Shown: one piece after another, positions 37,359-45,659 of the stretch
Numbering within the stretch: the stretch's first letter is position 1
Layout of the letters: each line of letters begins with the position of its first letter
From: an uncultured virus (IMG/VR IMGVR_UViG_3300025108_000038)
Taxonomy: Duplodnaviria; Heunggongvirae; Uroviricota; Caudoviricetes; Crassvirales
Length of the DNA stretch: 64,000 nt
IMG/VR virus record: IMGVR_UViG_3300025108_000038
Direction: 5' to 3' (one strand)
Notes under the pieces: model-generated
What the model was told of the DNA's origin: nothing
What the model saw: only the letters and a program-made list of their open reading frames with translations
Databases searched by the model: none
Position numbers and translations under genes: made by a program

Positions 37359-37383
37359 GGGCGCATTTCTGCGCCCTGGTTTA
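37359..37383 (-). repeat. GAAA-tetraloop intergenic cassette, copy 4 (compensatory variant)
   Basis: TAAACCA-GGGCGCA-GAAA-TGCGCCC. Confidence 0.9.
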
Positions 37384-37385
37384 TA

Positions 37386-37616
37386 TTATTTTAATAAGTT
37401 TAAAAGCATTTTTAAGGTTTTAATTTCGTCTTCTAAATTACTGACAAGGTCAAAAACTCCGTTCGCTTCTAATTTTTCCGCGGTAAAATCTTCAGTTATT
37501 GCTTTTTCTGTTGGGTTTCCGAAATCAACTAAATTTTTAACCTCTTGCGCGTCTATTTTAATATTGTTTAACTGTCTTAAAACTTCGCTTTTTACTTTTA
37601 CTTGTATTGAATGCAT
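37386..37616 (-). CDS. First early gene, hypothetical
   Basis: 76 aa, directly after the promoter. Confidence 0.6.
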   Translation of the reverse strand: MHSIQVKVKSEVLRQLNNIKIDAQEVKNLVDFGNPTEKAITEDFTAEKLEANGVFDLVSNLEDEIKTLKMLLNLLK

Positions 37617-37651
37617 AATGTTAATTTATGGGTTAATGTTTATATTTTGTT

Positions 37652-37681
37652 CAAAGATAGTTTAATATTTAAGTTATACAA
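37652..37681 (-). promoter_or_regulatory. Main leftward (early) promoter
   Basis: TTG-19 nt-TATCTTTG, Bacteroidota -33/-7 consensus. Confidence 0.75.
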
Positions 37682-37869
37682 GCGTTTTTTTAAATTATAT
37701 ACTTGTTACAAATATCTTGAGCGTGTAACGTGCTGATAATGTGCAAGTTATAAACGTAATTTATAATCAATATAAATAAGAAACATTTAATATTTTAAGC
37801 GTTCGCGGAGGTATAACCTTCAATGTCTTGAAGTGTAAAAAAGATCTAATGTTAAAAGTTTAACAAAGG

Positions 37870-38012
37870 GATCTTCTCTTTCCTGGAGCAATGGAGCGCG
37901 CGAGCGGTGGAGAGCGTGCCAGGAGTAACCGCGGAAGGGCGAAACGTGGCGAGGCGGTACGGCCTCGGCGCGTGTTCCTGGTGCTGTGCTGTTGCTCGTA
38001 GCAAAACGCCAA
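37870..38012. other. GC-rich non-coding structured island at the strand switch
   Basis: Abruptly GC-rich; hairpins CGAGGC/GCCTCG and TTGCT/AGCAA; three CCWGG sites. Confidence 0.6.
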
Positions 38013-38145
38013 AACATTGGAAAAAATATTTTAGCATTTGATTTGACTTTTTTAAAAAAAATCGTTTTCCTTTTGGGGATCGTCAACGTATGTGTATGTA
38101 TTACCCTCAAGTTCTATATGTCTGAATAAAAAAAAATTTTTTTAG

Positions 38146-38153
38146 TATATTTG
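38146..38153 (+). promoter_or_regulatory. -7 promoter element TATATTTG
   Basis: TAnnTTTG before ATG 38178. Confidence 0.7.
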
Positions 38154-38177
38154 TTTTTTAACTAAAAGAATAATATC

Positions 38178-38390
38178 ATGCATAGCAAAAACTTAAACCC
38201 AAGAGACTTTGTTAACGGACTTTACGTGAAAGATGGAAGGTTAATAAACGATAGACCAGATTCAATGACTGGTATTCAAAAAGCAGCTTCTATAAAAAGA
38301 GCTGTAAAAAATGACCGCAAGGTTAACCAAATATCTGAAGCTATAGAGCTTGCTGATAACAAAAAACATTTCAGACAATTAAGATTTTAG
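38178..38390 (+). CDS. Small basic hypothetical protein
   Basis: 70 aa with its own promoter and terminator. Confidence 0.65.
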   Translation: MHSKNLNPRDFVNGLYVKDGRLINDRPDSMTGIQKAASIKRAVKNDRKVNQISEAIELADNKKHFRQLRF

Positions 38391-38416
38391 TTCACTCACT
38401 AATTTTTATTTTGAAG

Positions 38417-38443
38417 GAGAATCTTAATAGGTTCTCTTTTTTT
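38417..38443 (+). terminator. Intrinsic terminator
   Basis: GAGAATCT/AGGTTCTC hairpin plus T-run. Confidence 0.65.
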
Positions 38444-38674
38444 GTATAATATGTATAATAATCGACACAACAATGTTGTATTAAAAAAAAATCGGCATTA
38501 ACTAACTATCTCTTTTTCAATACTTTATATTACTATTTTTATTAAATGTCGAAAATGTCGAAAAAAATACTATAATAATAATAAAAAAATAGTAGTAGTA
38601 GTAGTAATATATATATAAGTAAGTAGGAGCAATATTGTTTGACATTCGTCATTGTCTATTTAAAATATATTTTG

Positions 38675-38682
38675 TACATTTG
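38675..38682 (+). promoter_or_regulatory. -7 promoter element TACATTTG (groEL)
   Basis: TAnnTTTG 20 nt before ATG 38703. Confidence 0.7.
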
Positions 38683-38702
38683 TTTAAATTAAATTAAATA
38701 CA

Positions 38703-40331
38703 ATGAGCAACTACATACCAAAGGATCTTGAGTTCGATCAAGTCGGAAGAAACAAATTAATTAGCGGAATAACAAAAATATCTAAAGCTGTAAAAAGCAC
38801 TTTAGGCCCACGCGGAAAAACTGTTTTAATAGAATCTTCTAATCACACGCAAGGAATTACAATTACAAAAGATGGAGTTACTGTTGCGGAATCTATATCA
38901 TTAATAGATCCTGTAGAGAACTTGGCTATTACTATGATGAAAGATGCGGCTCGAAGAACTGCTAATTCTGCTGGTGATGGAACTACTACTGCAATTGTTT
39001 TGACTGAAGCTTTGGTAAAGGCTGGTGAAAAGTTTTTACAACCAGAACATAATGTAACTGATGTTGTTCGGAATATAAAAAAGACTGCTGACAATGTTGT
39101 TTCTAAATTAAAAAAACAGAGTCGCAAAGTTACTTCTTCAACATTAAAAGATGTTGCTACTATTTCTTCAAACAATGATCCAGAGTTAGGTAAGATTATT
39201 TCAGAGGCTTATAAAAAAGTTGGAGTCAATGGAATAGTTACAGTTGAGAGTTCTCAAAACCATGAGACTTATGCAACAGTTACAAACGGAATAAAAGTTG
39301 ATAGAGGTTATACTTCTAATTTATTTATCACTAATCAAAAAAATGACGAAGCAGTATTAGAGGATGCTTTAGTTTTAGTTTGTGATCAAGAGATAAGTAA
39401 TATACTTCAAATAGAAAATATATTAAAACCAGTAATACAACAAAACAAGAAACTTCTCATCATTGGGGCTTGCTCGCCTAATGTTGTGAATACCCTGGCA
39501 GCAAACGTGGTGCGTAACGGACTTAAGCTATGTAATATTATACCTCCAAACTTTGGATATAAACAACACGAGCTTATGCAAGACATCGCGTTGTCTGTTG
39601 GGGCAAAATACTTTTCAGAAAAAACAGGTGATAATTTAAATATGATTACAATGGATGACTTAGGTCATGCTGATAAAATTATATCTGGTAAAAATCAAAC
39701 TGTTATAATAAAAAGTGATCAGTTAACTGAAGAGATACAAAATAGAATTAAAGAATTAAAAGAACAGCAAAAAAATACAGATATAGTTTCAGATAGAGAG
39801 TTTATCAATGAGCGTATCGCAAGTTTATCAGGTTCTATTGGAGCTATTTATGTTGGAGGTAATTCTGATGTAGAGCAAAAAGAAAAATATGACAGGGTAG
39901 AAGATGCTGTATGTGCTGTTCGTAGTGCTTTAGAGGAAGGGATTGTAAAGGGCGGAGGTTCTTCTTTATTTGCTATTGGAGAACACCTTGAGGTTCAGAG
40001 GTTTAAGGAAAAGCCTGAAGATGAGTTTGATGACAAAGATGTTGCAGATGTTATTTTAGGACACGCAATGTGCAAGCCTTTTTATCAAATATTAGATAAT
40101 GCAGGTATTAATGATGAAGGTGCTTCTGCAATTCTTTCTAAATCATGGGCCTTGCCAAAAGACCATGGTTATGATGTTAAAAACGAAAAGTATGGAGATA
40201 TGTTTAAAATGGGAGTCATTGATCCTTTAAAAGTAACTCGTTTAGCTTTATTAAATGCGGTAAGTGTAGCTACAACAATACTTAGCACTAACGCTATAAT
40301 TACTCACGCAAGAAAAGTAGATGATCAATAA
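38703..40331 (+). CDS. groEL: Chaperonin GroEL (phage-encoded)
   Basis: TLGPRG, ITKDGVTVA, AGDGTTTA, DRVEDA, EEGIV.GGG, GVIDPLKV; no GGM tail. Confidence 0.97.
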   Translation: MSNYIPKDLEFDQVGRNKLISGITKISKAVKSTLGPRGKTVLIESSNHTQGITITKDGVTVAESISLIDPVENLAITMMKDAARRTANSAGDGTTTAIVLTEALVKAGEKFLQPEHNVTDVVRNIKKTADNVVSKLKKQSRKVTSSTLKDVATISSNNDPELGKIISEAYKKVGVNGIVTVESSQNHETYATVTNGIKVDRGYTSNLFITNQKNDEAVLEDALVLVCDQEISNILQIENILKPVIQQNKKLLIIGACSPNVVNTLAANVVRNGLKLCNIIPPNFGYKQHELMQDIALSVGAKYFSEKTGDNLNMITMDDLGHADKIISGKNQTVIIKSDQLTEEIQNRIKELKEQQKNTDIVSDREFINERIASLSGSIGAIYVGGNSDVEQKEKYDRVEDAVCAVRSALEEGIVKGGGSSLFAIGEHLEVQRFKEKPEDEFDDKDVADVILGHAMCKPFYQILDNAGINDEGASAILSKSWALPKDHGYDVKNEKYGDMFKMGVIDPLKVTRLALLNAVSVATTILSTNAIITHARKVDDQ

Positions 40332-40374
40332 GGAATGGTTGTGGATGAACTACAGTAAATTAAAAAACAATACA

Positions 40375-40632
40375 ATGAAACCAGTTGGAAAGTATATTAT
40401 TATAAAAACAATCACAGAAGAGGTTAAAACTTCTTCTGGTTTATTGTTATCTCAAACGGATGTGGATGAGTTTAGATATAAAAAAGGATCTGTAGTAAAG
40501 CCAGGGACGGATGTTACTGTTATAAAGGCCTCAGATTTAATATATTACGATAAAAATTCTGGTCACACCATGATGATAAACGATGAAACATATACTATCA
40601 TTCAAGAACGCGATGTTGTTATTGTTCTTTAA
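40375..40632 (+). CDS. groES: Co-chaperonin GroES
   Basis: MKPVGKYIII...KTSSGLLL mobile loop...IIQERDV; start moved to 40375. Confidence 0.88.
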   Translation: MKPVGKYIIIKTITEEVKTSSGLLLSQTDVDEFRYKKGSVVKPGTDVTVIKASDLIYYDKNSGHTMMINDETYTIIQERDVVIVL

Positions 40633-41083
40633 TTTCTTTGTTTAATTCTTTTATCATATTCCTATACACTTTATCCATATAAGTAATATCATTTTTAAAT
40701 AAAGGATTTGAAACTGGAGATTCTGATATTTCCTCTCCGTTAAGTTTTTTGTATATGGTATTGATAACGCGTTTAGCTTTGTATGTCAATTCATATAGAG
40801 TCGTTTCATTACCACTTCGCTTTCTCCAAACGTGTATCCACTCATCCTTTAATAATTTATTGAAACGATTTACATCCCAATACATAAGTTCTTCGTATTC
40901 TTTGAATTGACTTTTATTAAATATTTGTTCGCTGTATAAAAATAGTAACATTTCTAATTCAGGTGTTCCTAACTTGTATTTTGCTTTCACCCAGTACCTT
41001 ATAACTCTCCAGTATTTTAGAAAATCATGATCAGGCGGCTTTCTGGTAGTGTTTTTTCTTGGATATACCCCTTTAAATTTCAT
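40619..41083 (-). CDS. Putative winged-HTH regulator
   Basis: ELEMLLFLY...LLKDEWI...LYELTYKA, a MarR-like pattern; lone antisense gene. Confidence 0.55.
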   Translation of the reverse strand: MKFKGVYPRKNTTRKPPDHDFLKYWRVIRYWVKAKYKLGTPELEMLLFLYSEQIFNKSQFKEYEELMYWDVNRFNKLLKDEWIHVWRKRSGNETTLYELTYKAKRVINTIYKKLNGEEISESPVSNPLFKNDITYMDKVYRNMIKELNKEIKEQ

Positions 41084-41096
41084 TGAATTAAATTCT

Positions 41097-41104
41097 TATA
41101 TTTG
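41097..41104 (+). promoter_or_regulatory. -7 promoter element TATATTTG (basic-protein operon)
   Basis: TAnnTTTG upstream of ATG 41138. Confidence 0.7.
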
Positions 41105-41137
41105 TAAAGATAAAACAAATATTTAAAAGTATATAAT

Positions 41138-41575
41138 ATGGGAATGGGAGCTGGCCCTGGAGGTCGTAAAAATAAAACTGCTGCAAAAAAATCAGCGCCA
41201 AAAATGACTATGTTGGCTAAAAAATCTTTAGCTATTCAAAAAAAGAAATTAGCTAAATGTGCCGCCGCAGCAAAAGGCAAAGGCAAAAAATGTAGTCTTA
41301 AAAAAACTTCAAGACTTAGAAAAAATATAGCAGGATTAAACTCTACAGGAAAGACAAAAGCAAGAAGAGGAGTTGATAAAGGTGTAGAGTTTGGTAAAAA
41401 AGTAGCTAATTCTAAAACTGGTAAAATAGTTGGTGGAGCTATTAAGCTTGCAAAAAACATAAAAAACCTTGACTATAAAGGAGCTGCTAAAACAGTTTCT
41501 TCTACAGCTAAAGACGTTAAGAAAGCTAAAAAACTTATTAACTATAAAAAATTATTAAAAAAGAAAAAGAAATAG
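41138..41575 (+). CDS. Lys-rich basic protein
   Basis: 145 aa; K/A/G-rich, histone-H1-like composition. Confidence 0.65.
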   Translation: MGMGAGPGGRKNKTAAKKSAPKMTMLAKKSLAIQKKKLAKCAAAAKGKGKKCSLKKTSRLRKNIAGLNSTGKTKARRGVDKGVEFGKKVANSKTGKIVGGAIKLAKNIKNLDYKGAAKTVSSTAKDVKKAKKLINYKKLLKKKKK

Positions 41576-41576
41576 T

Positions 41577-41813
41577 ATGGCGGTAACAGATAAAAGAAGT
41601 AGGTTGCTTAAAAAAGCAGAAAGAAAAAGAAGACAAGCTCAAAGAAGAAAAGAAAGAGGTTGGCCTCAAGCCGCAAGAAGAAGCGAGCAAGAAGCATACG
41701 AGCTTAAAAGAGAAGCAAGAAATAGTTGTGGGAGAGGTCGTAAATCTGTTTACGGAGCAGGAGGAAGAAAAGTAGGTTGTTCCACTCGAAAAAGAAAAAG
41801 AAGAAGAAGATAA
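41577..41813 (+). CDS. Arg-rich, protamine-like protein
   Basis: 78 aa, ending RKRKRRRR. Confidence 0.6.
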   Translation: MAVTDKRSRLLKKAERKRRQAQRRKERGWPQAARRSEQEAYELKREARNSCGRGRKSVYGAGGRKVGCSTRKRKRRRR

Positions 41814-41831
41814 ACCATTAAATATATAATT

Positions 41832-42392
41832 ATGCCACAAGGAAAAGGTACATACGGAAGTAAAGTCGGAAGGCCGCCTAAAAAGAAAAAAATAGATCCA
41901 TCAAAATTAAAGAAAGGAAAAGCAGCAGGTAGAAAAATAAAAGATGGCCCTACTGGAAACCAGCGAATGAAAAAAAGAAAGAAGAAGCCAGTTAACACTA
42001 CTTCTGCTCCAGCAGGATACTCAAGAAGAACACGTATGAACATGGCAGCTAAAGAAGCTGTAGGAAGCAATTTAAAAATAAAAAAGAAAAAAACCAAAGC
42101 AGGAAAAGCAGGCTATGGCCCACAAGACAGACTTGGCACTATTGCTAAAAAGAAAAAAGTAAAAACTACTGGGCCAAGAAAGAAGGGAGTAGGCGTAACA
42201 AAAAAAGATAATGGAGGTGTAAAAAAAGCATTAAAAAAAGGTAAAGTAACAAAAGCTAAAACAAGCTCTAAGCCTCAAAACAAACGACAAGTTGCTTTAA
42301 AGAAACGAGCAGACGCGAGAGATAAAAAACCAAAAAAGGGAGGAAGAAAAACTCTTGCTCAGCTAAGAAAAGAAGGAAAAATTAATTTTTAA
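41832..42392 (+). CDS. Lys-rich basic protein with AT-hook-like GRPPK
   Basis: MPQGKGTYGSKVGRPPKKKK. Confidence 0.65.
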   Translation: MPQGKGTYGSKVGRPPKKKKIDPSKLKKGKAAGRKIKDGPTGNQRMKKRKKKPVNTTSAPAGYSRRTRMNMAAKEAVGSNLKIKKKKTKAGKAGYGPQDRLGTIAKKKKVKTTGPRKKGVGVTKKDNGGVKKALKKGKVTKAKTSSKPQNKRQVALKKRADARDKKPKKGGRKTLAQLRKEGKINF

Positions 42393-42403
42393 TATATATA
42401 ATT

Positions 42404-42679
42404 ATGCCAGATCCAGTAACTAAAAGGGTTAAAGACTCTTTAAAAAGAGTAAAAGTTAGAAAAAAAATTGTAAAAGATTCTACAAGTAGAATGGCTATGG
42501 TCAATGTCTTGAAAAAAGAATTAGGCAAAGAAAACTACAATAAGATTAGAACTACAAAAGGTGTAAAACAAGTTAAACTAACAAAAAAACAAAAGCAATA
42601 TATTAGTAGAATTAATCGTTTAGCTAAATCAGAACAAAAAAATAGAAGAAAAATTAACGATAATCCAAGAAAAAGATAA
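42404..42679 (+). CDS. Basic hypothetical protein
   Basis: 91 aa, K/R-rich. Confidence 0.6.
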   Translation: MPDPVTKRVKDSLKRVKVRKKIVKDSTSRMAMVNVLKKELGKENYNKIRTTKGVKQVKLTKKQKQYISRINRLAKSEQKNRRKINDNPRKR

Positions 42680-42685
42680 ATAGCC

Positions 42686-43513
42686 ATGAGTTGTAAAGGT
42701 TTAAAAGGCAAAGCTTTAGAAAGATGTAAGGCAAAAGCTAATTACGAAAAGCTAAAAAAAAGACATCCTAACATGACTAAACAGGATACTCTGTTGGTGA
42801 ACAGGTCTCTTTCTAAGAATGCTAAATTAGAAAATTTTACAAATAAAAAAATAGATGCTGCGGTTGCTTTAAAATTAAAAGAAAAAAAATTAAAGTCTCT
42901 TAAAGGCAGGAAAGCAGATGTGAATCTTATTGGTACAGCTAATGCTAAGTCAAGAAAAACCACTGTAAAGGTAACTCCAGGAAAAAAAGCTTTATTAAAA
43001 AAGAATAGAAGAAAAAGAAAGGAAGAGTATGTCTCTACTGCTGTTTATAATAAAAAAGAACTTGCAAGTAAGGTTACTTTATCAAAGAAAAAGAAAAAGT
43101 CTCAGAAAGAATTAGCGGCGGAAGTAAAAGCAAAAGAAACCAAAAAAAGCAACGCTGAAAAGAAAAAGAAAACTACTACTACAAAGAAAAAGCCTTATGT
43201 AAGAGGAACAGGAACAAGTAAGTTAACTAAAAAGAAAAAAGTAAATACTACTCAAAAACAAAAAACAGCTTTGGCTAATGCTAAAAAGAAAAGAACAGCA
43301 AAAAGTCAAGCTTCTATAAAAGCAAAAAAAGACGCTATAAGAAAAAAACTTCAGCGTACTACAAAACAGAAGTTAAAAGACACTGGTAAAAAAATAAAAA
43401 AAATATTTAAAAAGAAAACTCCTGCTCAGAAAAAAGCTAAGTTAGAAAAAAAGGTAAATAGAAAGCTTAATAGAAAAATGACAGGAAATAGATATAACGG
43501 AAAATGGAACTAA
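42686..43513 (+). CDS. Lys-rich basic protein
   Basis: 275 aa, roughly one third Lys. Confidence 0.65.
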   Translation: MSCKGLKGKALERCKAKANYEKLKKRHPNMTKQDTLLVNRSLSKNAKLENFTNKKIDAAVALKLKEKKLKSLKGRKADVNLIGTANAKSRKTTVKVTPGKKALLKKNRRKRKEEYVSTAVYNKKELASKVTLSKKKKKSQKELAAEVKAKETKKSNAEKKKKTTTTKKKPYVRGTGTSKLTKKKKVNTTQKQKTALANAKKKRTAKSQASIKAKKDAIRKKLQRTTKQKLKDTGKKIKKIFKKKTPAQKKAKLEKKVNRKLNRKMTGNRYNGKWN

Positions 43514-43534
43514 AAATTAATTTATAAATATTTG

Positions 43535-43542
43535 TATATTTG
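43535..43542 (+). promoter_or_regulatory. -7 promoter element TATATTTG
   Basis: TAnnTTTG upstream of ATG 43570. Confidence 0.65.
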
Positions 43543-43569
43543 TATTATTGATAACTTAAAATAAAAATT

Positions 43570-43758
43570 ATGAAACAAGGTTATAACGATAGATTAGATG
43601 AGTCTTTAGGATCAAGAAACGGAAAGAAGTCTCAATCTATGAAGTCTCGAAGAAACGAAAGTAAGGCTATGTCTAAAAAAATGTATGGTCATGCTTACGG
43701 AGGTAACAAATCAATGTCCTATAGACACGTTGCTAAAGTAGTTAAGCATAAGTTTTAG
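43570..43758 (+). CDS. Small basic protein
   Basis: 62 aa; QGYNDRLDESLG. Confidence 0.65.
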   Translation: MKQGYNDRLDESLGSRNGKKSQSMKSRRNESKAMSKKMYGHAYGGNKSMSYRHVAKVVKHKF

Positions 43759-43781
43759 TATTTTAATTTAAATTTATTCCA

Positions 43782-43937
43782 ATGGCAAAAAAGAAAGTAG
43801 TCAAAAAAGATGCTTCTAATAAAAAGAAGCCAGCAGTAAAAAAACCAGTGGACAAAAAAAAGGTTGTTGAGTTAGAGTTAAAAAGCTCAATTCAACAAGT
43901 AAATGTTTATCCAAAGTATAATCCTTTAAGAAAATAA
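43782..43937 (+). CDS. Small Lys-rich protein (51 aa, MAKKKVVKK...)
   Basis: Manually translated. Confidence 0.55.
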   Translation: MAKKKVVKKDASNKKKPAVKKPVDKKKVVELELKSSIQQVNVYPKYNPLRK

Positions 43938-43938
43938 A

Positions 43939-44079
43939 ATGGGAAGATTATTAGTAAAGTTAGGTCTATGGATGCAAGAGGTATGGTGTAAATTCCAATG
44001 TGGATGGAACGCGTTAATATCTAAGCTTTTATTTAAAGTAGATTCTTGTCCTAATAAATTATGTACTTGCAAAAAATGA
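43939..44079 (+). CDS. 46-aa amphipathic Trp/Cys-rich peptide (MGRLLVKLGLWMQEVWCKFQCGW...)
   Basis: Manually translated; ATGA-coupled to the next ORF. Confidence 0.55.
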   Translation: MGRLLVKLGLWMQEVWCKFQCGWNALISKLLFKVDSCPNKLCTCKK

Positions 44080-44255
44080 AAAAAAATTTTACAAAAATAC
44101 AGACAATAAACAGATCCAGAGGATTTGGAGATACAGTAGAAAAATTTACAAAAGCTACTGGAATAAAAAGAGTTGTAGACACAGTCACAAAAGGTGGGTG
44201 TGGTTGCGACAAGCGTAGAGATTCATTAAATAGAATGTTTCCTTATAAAAAATAA
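44076..44255 (+). CDS. Small basic protein with CGC motif
   Basis: GFGDTVEKFTKATGIK...CGCDKRR..LNRMFPY; start moved to 44076. Confidence 0.65.
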   Translation: MKKNFTKIQTINRSRGFGDTVEKFTKATGIKRVVDTVTKGGCGCDKRRDSLNRMFPYKK

Positions 44256-44285
44256 ACGAGATTTTTAACCCTCAAAAAAAACAAA

Positions 44286-44819
44286 ATGGCATACCCAAAA
44301 ATTACTGTTAACACAGGGCTGGCACAAGAAGTAATATCCAGCGACACATTACCAATTCCATCACCAAGTTTACCAGTATTATCTGGAACAACCACAGCTA
44401 CTACAGCAGATAAATTAGTAGATGTAGGAGCGGATTTCAGCAATGTAAGTATAGGTGATATAGTTTACAACACAACAGACAATACTTCGGCTTCAGTAGT
44501 GGCAATAGACAGTTCTACTATATTAGAAGTAAGTGCTGACATATTTACTTCTCCAGAATCTTATAAAATATTTTTAGGCGGCCCTAATGGCTCTTCAAGA
44601 ATAGATTCTTCTGAAGGATGCTTGTTATACGTAGGAAGCAATGAAGGAGTTATGGATGTAGCAAAATCATTTGTAACTGTAAGAGTAAAAACAGTAGCTG
44701 GAAGTATAGTTATATTTAGTAATTTCCCAGTAGGTGAGTATTTACCAGTTCAAGTATTACAATTGTATACTACTGGTACGGATGCAGCCGCTGAAAATAG
44801 TTGCGTAGCAATTTGGTAA
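44286..44819 (+). CDS. Putative virion structural protein
   Basis: 177 aa, beta-rich; central segment resembles the insertion in 4116-5093 (ADF..V..GDIV). Confidence 0.55.
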   Translation: MAYPKITVNTGLAQEVISSDTLPIPSPSLPVLSGTTTATTADKLVDVGADFSNVSIGDIVYNTTDNTSASVVAIDSSTILEVSADIFTSPESYKIFLGGPNGSSRIDSSEGCLLYVGSNEGVMDVAKSFVTVRVKTVAGSIVIFSNFPVGEYLPVQVLQLYTTGTDAAAENSCVAIW

Positions 44820-44820
44820 T

Positions 44821-44988
44821 ATGAACTTCGATATGTCAGATATAAAATTATACGCTTTAAACGCAACGTCTCTTGTTGTATCTTTTTCACAAATTGATAT
44901 GGCTTTAAAAATAATTTTGCTCGCACTAAGTGTTGGGTATACCGCTCAAAAGTGGTACTTATTAAATAAAGAAAGAAAGAACAAATAG
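44821..44988 (+). CDS. Holin-like small membrane protein (55 aa)
   Basis: Manually translated MNFDMSDIKLYAL...KIILLALSVGYTAQKWYLLNKERKNK; hydrophobic core, basic tail, adjacent to the endolysin. Confidence 0.55.
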   Translation: MNFDMSDIKLYALNATSLVVSFSQIDMALKIILLALSVGYTAQKWYLLNKERKNK

Positions 44989-45019
44989 TAAAAGTTCTAA
45001 AATCTTAATTAAAAACATA

Positions 45020-45048
45020 AGAGGCACAGAACGACTGTGTCTTTTTTT
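45020..45048 (+). terminator. Terminator-like hairpin just before the endolysin
   Basis: GAGGCACAG/CTGTGTCTT plus T-run. Confidence 0.6.
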
Positions 45049-45059
45049 ATATATAAAAT

Positions 45060-45488
45060 ATGAAAAAAGTTGAAAAAATCATTATTCATTGTTCTGCAAC
45101 AAGGGAGGGTGATGACTCTATTAACGCCGAGGTTATTGATCGCTGGCATAAAAAAAGAGGATGGAAAGGAATAGGATATCATTTTTTAGTTTTAATAGAC
45201 GGATCTATTGAACCTGGAAGAATGATAAATAAGTGCGGTGCGCATACAAAGGGTTTGAATTGCAGTTCTATCTCGATTTGTTATGTTGGAGGAGTAGAAT
45301 CTGAAAAGGATTCAAAAGGAAAATATCCTGCAAAAGACACAAGAACACCAGAGCAAAAGGAAACATTGTTGGACTTATTACGTGTATTACGTAAAATGTA
45401 TCCAGAAGCAAAAATTCATTCCCATCGAGACTTTGCTGCTAAGGCGTGTCCAAGCTTTGACGCAACTACAGAATATTGTAATATTTAA
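45060..45488 (+). CDS. Endolysin, N-acetylmuramoyl-L-alanine amidase (T7 lysozyme-like)
   Basis: IIIHCSAT, IGYHF, GAHT, HRDF..KACP zinc ligands. Confidence 0.93.
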   Translation: MKKVEKIIIHCSATREGDDSINAEVIDRWHKKRGWKGIGYHFLVLIDGSIEPGRMINKCGAHTKGLNCSSISICYVGGVESEKDSKGKYPAKDTRTPEQKETLLDLLRVLRKMYPEAKIHSHRDFAAKACPSFDATTEYCNI

Positions 45489-45500
45489 AAATAAATACTT

Positions 45501-45659
45501 ATGGCGAAAAAAGGTAGAACTAAAGGAAATAAAATTTGTGCAGCAGGAATCTCCTGGGCCAAAAGAACTTTTGATAAATACCCAAGTGCATATGCGAATA
45601 TGGCGGCAAGCAAATATTGTAAAGATCCTAATTACGGAAAAGGTAAAAAGAAAAAATAA
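45501..45659 (+). CDS. Small basic protein with YPSAYAN motif (52 aa)
   Basis: Manually translated; TAATG-coupled to the next ORF. Confidence 0.65.
   Translation: MAKKGRTKGNKICAAGISWAKRTFDKYPSAYANMAASKYCKDPNYGKGKKKK

Noticed and set aside
36013..37383. CRISPR array or integron attC array
   Set aside because: The spacers are whole genes of 260-600 bp, and there is no cas gene, integrase or attC R-box/extrahelical-base pattern
37820..38110. Minus-strand ORFs 37820-38110 and 37852-38037; also a hammerhead ribozyme or tRNA in this island
   Set aside because: The ORFs look like by-products of GC richness with atypical composition; I found no CUGAUGA core or cloverleaf on either strand
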